Positions 1-6,108 are shown, counted from the stretch's first letter. The stretch is 14,580 bases of DNA from Candidatus Thorarchaeota archaeon (GCA_003345545.1 PRDH01000048.1:1-14580), one strand, 5' to 3'. Program-made: numbers and translations. Notes: generated by a model not told the origin, from the letters alone.

Positions 1-85
1 TGATTAGACTAGGTCCAACGAACAAGGGGTCACGTTTTGCCTGCTTCAAATCCTTCTTCACGACAGCAGCAATCTCGCGCAGCAT
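1..85 (-). CDS. ABC-2 type transporter permease, N-terminal fragment (runs off the left edge)
   Basis: Not in the ORF track. ATG at 85-83 reads MLREIAAVVKKDLKQAKRDPLFVGPSLI..., matching the typical ABC-2 permease N-terminus (I-x-A-x-x-x-K-[DE]-x-x-x-x-x-R-D). It starts 1 nt after the stop of the ABC ATPase. Confidence 0.85.
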   Translation of the reverse strand, partial: MLREIAAVVKKDLKQAKRDPLFVGPSLI

Positions 86-86
86 C

Positions 87-1058
87 TCAATCCCTCAGCC
101 TTGAACCAGTGATAGCAAGAAACACATCTCCCAATGATGGTTCCCTCATCGAAGCCTGTCTCACAACAAGGCCATTCTCAGTCAATCTGCCGACTACGAG
201 GGGCAGATCTGTGTTGCCTGCTTTGCTTCTGATCCAAGCCGTACGCGGACCGCCATTCAATGGATCGGAAACCGTTTCCACCTCAAGCTGCACTCTCTGC
301 TCTAACCATTCGCGTCCCTCTTCAAAACTCATCCCTTCGATCAGAACCTCAATCAGATAGTTACCCACATGTTTCTGCTTCAGTTCAGCAGATGTGCCTG
401 CTGCCACAAGACGACCATTGTCGATGATAATGACCCGGTCGGCAAGTGCCTCTGCCTCGTCCATGTAGTTGGTACAGAAGAGCACTGTCCGGCCTTGATT
501 CCTCATCTTGCGGACCTGATTCCAGATCAGATTTCGACTCTGCACATCCACTCCCAGCGACATCTCGTCGAGTATGAGAAGCTCAGAGTCATGCAGAATA
601 GAACGCACGAGTGCAAGCCGACGCTTCATGCCCCCAGAGTAGGTCTTCACGAGATCATCTTTACGGGCTGTGAGTCCCGCCAATTCAAGCATCTTGGCAA
701 CCCGCTCTCTCACTTCATTCTTAGGTACAGCATAGAGCTCAGCATGATACTCAAGCGCCTCTTGGGCTGTCAGGTCTTCATATAGAGCGGTTTCCTGTGG
801 CATGAAACCAATGATCCTTCTTACAGCTTCAAGATTCTCTGCGACCTCCTTTCCAGCGATCTTTACGCTTCCTGAGGTCGGTCGCAGAATGCCCGTCATC
901 ATCTTCACTGCTGTCGATTTACCTGCCCCATTGGGACCGAGAATGCCGACAATCTCCCCCTTCTGGATTGAGAATGAGAGGCCATCGAGTGCCTTGATTC
1001 CACCAGTGTAGAAATGCGTGAGATCTGTGACATCAACAATTGATGGCAGCCGAATCAC
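87..1058 (-). CDS. ABC transporter ATP-binding protein (DrrA/CcmA-like, ABC-2 exporter)
   Basis: Walker A GPNGAGKST, Q-loop GFMPQE, signature YSGGMKRR, Walker B LLILDE, TNYMDEAE switch (N in place of the usual H), and C-terminal EPSLGDVFLAITG typical of DrrA-like ATPases. GTG start. Confidence 0.95.
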   Translation of the reverse strand: MIRLPSIVDVTDLTHFYTGGIKALDGLSFSIQKGEIVGILGPNGAGKSTAVKMMTGILRPTSGSVKIAGKEVAENLEAVRRIIGFMPQETALYEDLTAQEALEYHAELYAVPKNEVRERVAKMLELAGLTARKDDLVKTYSGGMKRRLALVRSILHDSELLILDEMSLGVDVQSRNLIWNQVRKMRNQGRTVLFCTNYMDEAEALADRVIIIDNGRLVAAGTSAELKQKHVGNYLIEVLIEGMSFEEGREWLEQRVQLEVETVSDPLNGGPRTAWIRSKAGNTDLPLVVGRLTENGLVVRQASMREPSLGDVFLAITGSRLRD

Positions 1059-1095
1059 CTGTACTAACTAGGTGAGTCAAAGCATATTACGCTAG

Positions 1096-1114
1096 TGTCA
1101 CGAGAGGGGTGACA
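1096..1114. promoter_or_regulatory. Palindromic operator TGTCAC-N7-GTGACA, copy 1 (divergent ABC/wHTH intergenic region)
   Basis: tgtcac-gagaggg-gtgaca. The same arms and spacing recur at 1441-1459. Confidence 0.7.
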
Positions 1115-1155
1115 TCGAATGCTTCATTATGAGGCGGTCTCTATGGTCGGCTACT

Positions 1156-1431
1156 ATGACACTGGAGTTCCTCGTTCTACAGGATGTACGGGAAATACTG
1201 TTTGAGCTAGTCTGGGGAGACCGCTTTGAGAAGGACCTGGTCAGCAGAATAGGCGATGAGGGACGGTTCCGCGAGATTCGTGATAGACTACTCAAAGAAG
1301 AGTTGGTCTACGAGTTCTTCGGAGAGAATGAAAGTCCGTACCTATCCTTGACAGACAAGGGAATCGCTATTGTGAACAGACTGGATGAGATTGAGAGAAT
1401 TCTCCAAGGCGAGAATATAGATACCGAGTAG
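1156..1431 (+). CDS. Small winged-helix (MarR/HxlR-like) DNA-binding protein
   Basis: About 91 aa; the likely start is ATG 1156 (the track start is 1129). The C-terminal wing YLSLTDKGIAIVNRLDEIE matches the Y-x-LT-x-KG motif of wHTH proteins. Confidence 0.7.
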   Translation: MTLEFLVLQDVREILFELVWGDRFEKDLVSRIGDEGRFREIRDRLLKEELVYEFFGENESPYLSLTDKGIAIVNRLDEIERILQGENIDTE

Positions 1432-1440
1432 GCAAATTCG

Positions 1441-1459
1441 TGTCACTCCGAAAGTGACA
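1441..1459. promoter_or_regulatory. Palindromic operator TGTCAC-N7-GTGACA, copy 2 (upstream of the TrmB-family gene)
   Basis: tgtcac-tccgaaa-gtgaca (7-bp arms tgtcact/agtgaca), 5 nt upstream of a TATA box. Confidence 0.7.
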
Positions 1460-1464
1460 ATCAG

Positions 1465-1471
1465 TTTAAAA
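1465..1471 (+). promoter_or_regulatory. Archaeal TATA box (TTTAAAA) of the TrmB-family gene, probably giving a leaderless mRNA
   Basis: TTTAAAA lies about 25 nt upstream of GTG 1496, and no SD is visible. Confidence 0.55.
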
Positions 1472-1495
1472 CTGGCATCCTTACATTGAAGATCC

Positions 1496-2335
1496 GTGGT
1501 CACATTGACACAGAGCAGCATTGTTGACGATCTTGTGAGAATCGGTCTCACAAAGAATGAGGCAAAGGCGTACCAGTCGCTGGTCAGACTTGGAAGGTCT
1601 ACTGCGAGGACCGTCGCGGAAGAGTCTGGGATTCCTAGGAGCAAGGTGTATGAGACCCTCGAACTTCTAGAGAAACGAGGAGTAATCAAGAGGGTAGCAG
1701 GAGCGGATCCAACACAGTTCGATCCAGCTCCAGTGGATGCAGCTCTTGACCACCTTGAAGAGAAGGTGACAAGCTCTGCGACCAGTGCAAGAAAGGTCTT
1801 GAAGGGATTGCAAGCTCTCAGGGGAACAGAGGCGAAGGAGTTCGCATGGGCAGTTCAGGGACTTGAACAGGTCATCATGGATATGCGGACAGCCATTGAG
1901 AGTGCGCAGGAGTATGTCTACATTGCCTCCGCTTCGCCCGGTCTCCTCAGCCATCTCAGAGGTGCTTTCAGCACTGCGAAGAATCGAGGAGTGAATATTG
2001 AATTGACAACAACGACGCCGGGTTTCGAAGAGGTCAAGGGGCTTGAACATTATCTCAACGCGAGAGTTGCCATGCCCGGCAAGGACCTACTGATGGATGG
2101 ATTCAGGGAGATGTTCCAGACCCCTTCACTATCTCCTGATGACTGGGAACCAACACGGATACTCATCATGAATATTGACGGGCGTGAGAGTATCGCTGTC
2201 TTTCTTCCGGGAGAGGAAACCACGCAGCCATGGTTGCTTCACATTCGCAGCAGGCTTGTAATCTTCATTCAATGGCATGTGGTGAAGACACTCATATCGA
2301 GCGTAGAGCTGATTATCCAGAGCAGGACATCATAG
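1496..2335 (+). CDS. TrmB-family transcriptional regulator
   Basis: N-terminal IGLTKNEAKAYQSL...TARTVAEESGIPRSKVYETLELLEKRGVI is the classic TrmB wHTH. It is followed by a coiled-coil linker and a C-terminal effector domain (AIESAQEYVYI...AKNRGVNIEL...IDGRES). Confidence 0.92.
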   Translation: MVTLTQSSIVDDLVRIGLTKNEAKAYQSLVRLGRSTARTVAEESGIPRSKVYETLELLEKRGVIKRVAGADPTQFDPAPVDAALDHLEEKVTSSATSARKVLKGLQALRGTEAKEFAWAVQGLEQVIMDMRTAIESAQEYVYIASASPGLLSHLRGAFSTAKNRGVNIELTTTTPGFEEVKGLEHYLNARVAMPGKDLLMDGFREMFQTPSLSPDDWEPTRILIMNIDGRESIAVFLPGEETTQPWLLHIRSRLVIFIQWHVVKTLISSVELIIQSRTS

Positions 2336-2417
2336 GTCAACCTATCCTATGACCCTGCATTTCTGATGCGATTCATATTTAACAGCGGAAGAGTGACTGT
2401 GGTGGGGAAGAGACCCG

Positions 2418-3227
2418 ATGAAAGAACCTCATCTTGCTGCTCTCAAGTGCCCTCAATGCGGAAAGAAGCTTCAGTTCAGCAGAGAGTCTGCATCGAATGA
2501 GAGTGTCGAAGAGGGACAGATTGTCTGTGAGAAGGGGCATACGTGGCCCATACATGGTGAGATACCCTCACTTGTCTATCCCCCAATAAGTGCAAAGGAT
2601 GCAAAGTGGATCAAGAAATACGATGAGATGGCCGAGTCATACGATGAATCGGTCAAGCAGTATGATGATTGGCTTGGAATCAACATGATGAAGGAGCGAG
2701 AGCAACTCGCTATGTTCGTGCCCATTGAAGGACCGACCAGAATCATCGATGTCAGTATAGGGACAGCAGCCAATTTTGTCGCCCTTCACAACCGGTTCAA
2801 GGGCCAGATGGGCAGATTCAACATTCATGGCATGGATCTCTCAACAAGAATGCTGGGTATGGCTAAGCGTAAGATGTCAGAATTGGGAATCGATGCCAGT
2901 CTGACCCACGGCAGTGTGTTCAATATACCCTATCAGAGCAATTTCTTCGATATTGTACTTCATACGGGGGGTATCAACACCTTCTCGGATATCCATGGCG
3001 CTCTGAAGGAGATGCTGAGGATAGCTAGGAGCGAGGGCATGGTACTCGTGATAGATGAGGGGCTCTCACCACGAATGAGGAACACTGAGAAGGGAAAGGA
3101 GATCATCAAGGCGAACTCACTATTCGCAGCACGCCCACCTCTTGAGTTCCTACCTGAGAAGGCTTCCAATGTCGAAATCACCTATATCATGAATGAGACC
3201 TTCTACCAGATGGTCTTCAAGAAGTGA
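2418..3227 (+). CDS. Class I SAM-dependent methyltransferase with N-terminal Trm112-like Zn-ribbon
   Basis: N-terminus LKCPQCGKKL...EEGQIVCEKGHTWPIHGEIPSL (Trm112-like). Methyltransferase motif I IIDVSIGTA, GMDLSTRML, IPYQSNFFDIV, ALKEMLRIAR. Confidence 0.88.
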   Translation: MKEPHLAALKCPQCGKKLQFSRESASNESVEEGQIVCEKGHTWPIHGEIPSLVYPPISAKDAKWIKKYDEMAESYDESVKQYDDWLGINMMKEREQLAMFVPIEGPTRIIDVSIGTAANFVALHNRFKGQMGRFNIHGMDLSTRMLGMAKRKMSELGIDASLTHGSVFNIPYQSNFFDIVLHTGGINTFSDIHGALKEMLRIARSEGMVLVIDEGLSPRMRNTEKGKEIIKANSLFAARPPLEFLPEKASNVEITYIMNETFYQMVFKK

Positions 3228-3229
3228 TT

Positions 3230-3260
3230 GCAGAAGCCGGTCACATCTCGAGGTTTCTGC
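3230..3260. terminator. Stem-loop just after the methyltransferase stop (possible terminator between convergent units)
   Basis: gcagaagcc (3230-3238) pairs with ggtttctgc (3252-3260) with one G-U pair and a 13-nt loop. Confidence 0.3.
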
Positions 3261-3361
3261 GGTAGTGTCATGTGGCAACAATTAGCGGTCTTCAAAAGAC
3301 CAATTCAGGAGAATACAATGAATCTATCGTGAATGTCCTATTAGAAAGAGTATCGAAGTGT

Positions 3362-3478
3362 TCAAGTGGCCTCCCATAGGAGCACTTCTTCTGTGGTCGC
3401 GTGTGGTTGCATCGGAGCTTCCATCAAGACAGCTTTGAGGCCCCGGTCGAATATGATGGTTTCATGTTCTCTACTCAT
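3362..3478 (-). CDS. Putative small protein, 38 aa (MSREHETIIFDRGLKAVLMEAPMQPHATTEEVLLWEAT)
   Basis: ATG 3478-3476 lies 6 nt after, and in frame with, the TAG of the 29-aa ORF. A weak SD (AGGT) overlaps the end of that ORF. TGA at 3364-3362. Confidence 0.3.
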   Translation of the reverse strand: MSREHETIIFDRGLKAVLMEAPMQPHATTEEVLLWEAT

Positions 3479-3484
3479 CGCAAT

Positions 3485-3574
3485 CTACCTGTACATGTAT
3501 GCATAGGTTATAGCGTCTGTAGAGATCTGCTTCCTGGATTCGTTCTTGCTCTTGACTTGTTTCGCGAGTGCCAT
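3485..3574 (-). CDS. Putative small peptide, 29 aa (MALAKQVKSKNESRKQISTDAITYAYMYR)
   Basis: Perfect SD AGGAGGT (3588-3582) 7 nt before ATG 3574, TAG at 3487-3485, and an upstream minus-strand TATA TTATATA at 3726-3720. Confidence 0.55.
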   Translation of the reverse strand: MALAKQVKSKNESRKQISTDAITYAYMYR

Positions 3575-3719
3575 GTTTTCTACCTCCTGTAGATGTAAGC
3601 ATATCCAATGGCATCAAGTGTGTAGACTCGAGCCATCTTCTCGTTCCGTGTTCCATAGTAGGTGAGAGGGTTCTTACTGCAGATCATTGTAGTTCACGTG
3701 TTGGCGTATGCAGCAATTG

Positions 3720-3866
3720 TATATAAGGTTTGTGTGACAAACCATTATTTGTTTTCGGTGTTATAAAAACACTATGTCCAGCATTCAGTTTGTTTTACAC
3801 ATTTACAGCAAACGTTTGCCTGACAAATGGTTTAATGAATAAGCATTTACCAATAATTTTAAATGC
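3720..3866. promoter_or_regulatory. AT-rich divergent promoter region with multiple palindromes and repeated GTTTG-N5-CAAA boxes
   Basis: Minus-strand TATA at 3720-3726; GGTTTGT-N3-ACAAACC at 3727-3743; GTGTT-N5-AACAC at 3758-3772; GCAAACGTTTGC at 3808-3819; GCATTTA-N10-TAAATGC at 3843-3866, containing a plus-strand TTTTAAAT. Confidence 0.6.
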
Positions 3867-3969
3867 GTGGGATCATGAGTGTTAGGCAAAATGGAATGTA
3901 TTCCAAGACAAAGAGGCATGTTGACATGCGCAAGTCATGTCGTGCCTTCGCTGAGCGATATGGACAGCA

Positions 3970-4737
3970 ATGAAATCGAGGAACACGAAAATGGGTGACG
4001 AGATCACAGATAGCCTGAAGGGAATTGTCCTAACGGACGAGGGAAGGAAACCGCAGAAAGAGATTGTCTTCATAACAGATGAAGAACGAGCTGCTATCCT
4101 GGATGAGCCAGTGAGATATCAGATTCTACAGGTCCTGAGAGAAGGCATTGACGACACCGTGACCACAGAGAGAGTGGACGAGAGTGGAGACAAAATCATC
4201 AGAGTGAGAGAACTGAAACGTGATGCTCTCAGTGTCATCGAGATAGTGAAGTTGTCCCCGAATTGTTGCGGTCCTGATGTTGAGATATCCAAGAACCAGG
4301 TCTATCATCATCTTCCCACGCTGGAAAAGGGCGGATATGTCGTCAAGTATGGAACCGTGACCACAGGAAAGCGCACGACAGATTACTGGCGTCGCACCGC
4401 AAAGGGCTTTGTCTTGACCAAGGGTGAATGGGCTGGTGGAACACCAACCCTAGCAAAGATGGTTGAGTCATTCATCACTACCATGCTTGAGAACTTTGAT
4501 CTGAAGATTCCCAAGGAGAAGCGTAAGGAACTCCATGAGTTAGTGATGAAGGGTGAGTTGATGCAAGCAGAGTGGCGGACAAAGATTGCCGATCTTGTAA
4601 AAGGCGATGTCGCAGACAAGGATGTCCTCAAGATCTACGAAACCTTGCTGCAGCTCTATGCTATGGGATCAGAAGAATATCGTGATGTGCTCTTGAAGAC
4701 ACGAGATATTCTGTTCGCAAGCGAATCCGCGCCTTAG
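3970..4737 (+). CDS. ArsR-like winged helix-turn-helix transcriptional regulator with C-terminal helical domain
   Basis: ILDEPVRYQILQVL (ArsR-like helix 1), LSVIEIVK, recognition helix SKNQVYHHLPTLEKGGYV and wing GKRTTDYWRRTAK. The start may be ATG 3991. Confidence 0.8.
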   Translation: MKSRNTKMGDEITDSLKGIVLTDEGRKPQKEIVFITDEERAAILDEPVRYQILQVLREGIDDTVTTERVDESGDKIIRVRELKRDALSVIEIVKLSPNCCGPDVEISKNQVYHHLPTLEKGGYVVKYGTVTTGKRTTDYWRRTAKGFVLTKGEWAGGTPTLAKMVESFITTMLENFDLKIPKEKRKELHELVMKGELMQAEWRTKIADLVKGDVADKDVLKIYETLLQLYAMGSEEYRDVLLKTRDILFASESAP

Positions 4738-4752
4738 AGAACGCATTCTAGA

Positions 4753-5127
4753 CTAGACATGGCTGCTGAGGTGTATTGCTGCCTTGGCGAGATCAACAAG
4801 CGCCAGTTCAGGAACCGAAGTGGACTCAGCCCAAGCGATGGCCCAGCCTCCTTCATTTATCCGCACCATCAACAGATGCCCCTTGCCATCGGCGGCAGTT
4901 CCTAGGAAAGTATCTAGGGTAGAGGCAATTCGCTTGTACTTGATTCCGCCAACAGACACCTTGCTTGCTTCCTCCTTTGGAGCCTTGACTATCTGTTTGA
5001 TGTCGTCAAGTAGATTCCAGTTTTCAGTCTGCCAAACGACCTGGTCTCCCTTGGCTACAGCAAATGCCTGTATTTTCGGATTGTTCGCGTAGAGTCGATA
5101 CCACTGTTGACTGATGGCAGATTCCAT
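4753..5127 (-). CDS. Asgard-type profilin, paralogue B (124 aa)
   Basis: AFAV-x-x-G-x-x-V-WQTENWNL..D, VSVGGIKY and GKGHLLM match the QTENW / GIKY / GKGH motifs I recall from Lokiarchaeota profilin. Profilin size, ending in a C-terminal helix. SD AGGAGGT (5140-5134) lies 6 nt upstream. Confidence 0.85.
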   Translation of the reverse strand: MESAISQQWYRLYANNPKIQAFAVAKGDQVVWQTENWNLLDDIKQIVKAPKEEASKVSVGGIKYKRIASTLDTFLGTAADGKGHLLMVRINEGGWAIAWAESTSVPELALVDLAKAAIHLSSHV

Positions 5128-5201
5128 GTCGGGACCTCCTGAGCGAGAGAAAAATCATTCTCCCGCATTCTTCCCCAGTTCCACTCACGTATGCTACACT
5201 A

Positions 5202-5582
5202 TCAAATTCTGCCCTTGAGTGCCTTTGCAGCTCGATCTACATCGACATAGACACCATCAGGCTGAGCGTTCGGAGCACTCCATGCCACGACCCACTTCTG
5301 GCCTTCAATCTTGGCCAAAATCAAGATTCCATTTCCCTGAACATTGCGGGCAACAAGACTCTCAGGTGTGGATCTCATTGTGGAGTAGCGAATGTTGTTC
5401 TGTGTGACTGCAGGACTGCGCGCCTTCACTGCAGAGATGAGGCCACTGGCATCAGCAGTCAGATCCCAGTTGTTGCTTTGCCATAGGACTTGCCCACCTT
5501 CAGTAATTACCCCAAAGGCTTGTATCATGTTCCCTGAACTGTTATACGCCATTGTATATGCATCCATTACAGGATCGCCCAT
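5202..5582 (-). CDS. Asgard-type profilin, paralogue A (126 aa; true start ATG 5582, not 5789)
   Basis: MGDPVMDAY...IQAFGVITEGGQVLWQSNNWDL...IRYSTMRSTPESLVARNVQGNGILIL...VDVDRAAKAL. SD GGGGTGA (5596-5590) lies 7 nt upstream. It aligns end-to-end with paralogue B (about 36 of 126 identities by hand). Confidence 0.85.
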   Translation of the reverse strand: MGDPVMDAYTMAYNSSGNMIQAFGVITEGGQVLWQSNNWDLTADASGLISAVKARSPAVTQNNIRYSTMRSTPESLVARNVQGNGILILAKIEGQKWVVAWSAPNAQPDGVYVDVDRAAKALKGRI

Positions 5583-5712
5583 GATGGATTCACCCCGTTG
5601 AACATAACGTCTAAGGAAGCTCACCGAGACTTTTCCAATTAAACAAATCGTTGATAGCCTCAATGCCCATTCTGGGAATAGACTTATGGAGGCTGTGGAC
5701 ATTCTCATAGAT

Positions 5713-6015
5713 ATGAGTGAGAAATCCATATGGGAGAATGAACGGGGGACCTTCATCAAGGTGATTGTGAGACCCAATTCAAGGTCCAAGGAGTTCGTAT
5801 CAGAGATGACGCCAGAGGCAGTTCACTTGAACCTGACAGGACCGGCAAGAGAAGGAAAGGCAAACACCGAGCTGGTCAAGAGGATGGCCAAGACACTTGG
5901 AGTGACCACAGGAACTATCACGATGGTTGCTGGCCATAGGAGTCGAGAGAAGACGCTTCTAGTGACGGATATCACCCGTGAGGTTGTCATTCAGAAACTC
6001 TCAGAGGCCATATAG
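5713..6015 (+). CDS. DUF167 / UPF0235 (YggU-like) protein
   Basis: IKVIVRPNS...LTGPAREGKANTELVKRMAKTLGV...MVAGHRSREK matches the V-x-P / P-x-x-GKAN / G-x-x-SR-x-K signature. Likely start ATG 5713 (track start 5686). Confidence 0.92.
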   Translation: MSEKSIWENERGTFIKVIVRPNSRSKEFVSEMTPEAVHLNLTGPAREGKANTELVKRMAKTLGVTTGTITMVAGHRSREKTLLVTDITREVVIQKLSEAI

Positions 6016-6018
6016 AAC

Positions 6019-6026
6019 TATAAATA
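6019..6026 (+). promoter_or_regulatory. TATA box (TATAAATA) for the OPT transporter gene
   Basis: Consensus-like archaeal TATA directly after the DUF167 stop; AGGAG at 6092-6096 precedes ATG 6109. Confidence 0.45.
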
Positions 6027-6108
6027 GAGGTCATAATCCTCACCTAGAGGACCTCGTGCTTACGTGTGAGATTGACCGTGTATCCCTGACTAGGAGAGTG
6101 TCTCTATA

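Noticed and set aside
2322-2358. Inverted repeats around the TrmB stop (catagg/cctatg, gcagg/cctgc)
   Set aside because: The stems are short and interrupted with no T-tract, too weak to call a terminator.
3225-3301. Hairpins after the methyltransferase TGA considered as a SECIS element for selenocysteine read-through
   Set aside because: The TGA falls at the natural end of the domain, there is no Cys/Sec-type motif context, and the hairpins lack a convincing SECIS core.
3307-3333. AGGAG followed by ATG AAT CTA TCG TGA on the plus strand
   Set aside because: It encodes only 4 residues and has no promoter evidence, so it is probably chance.
3471-3656. 61-aa minus-strand ORF and the overlapping 63-aa plus-strand ORF (3401-3592) from the track
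   Set aside because: Neither has an SD or recognisable motif. The perfect SD in this region serves the 29-aa ORF in another frame.
3720-3870. AT-rich repeat region considered as a CRISPR leader/array, replication origin or transposon end
   Set aside because: There are no regularly spaced repeats with spacers, no ORB-like G-string boxes or cdc6, and no transposase or target-site duplication.
4753-5582. Alternative assignment of the two small proteins as roadblock/longin domains
   Set aside because: The WQ-x-x-NW, I-[KR]-Y and G-x-G motifs fit Asgard profilins, the roadblock D-G-x-x-I / A-A-x-x-A pattern is absent, and there is no adjacent small GTPase.
5583-5789. 69-aa N-terminal extension of the 195-aa ORF (5202-5789)
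   Set aside because: It overlaps the DUF167 gene on the opposite strand. A good SD precedes ATG 5582, and homology with the paralogue starts there.
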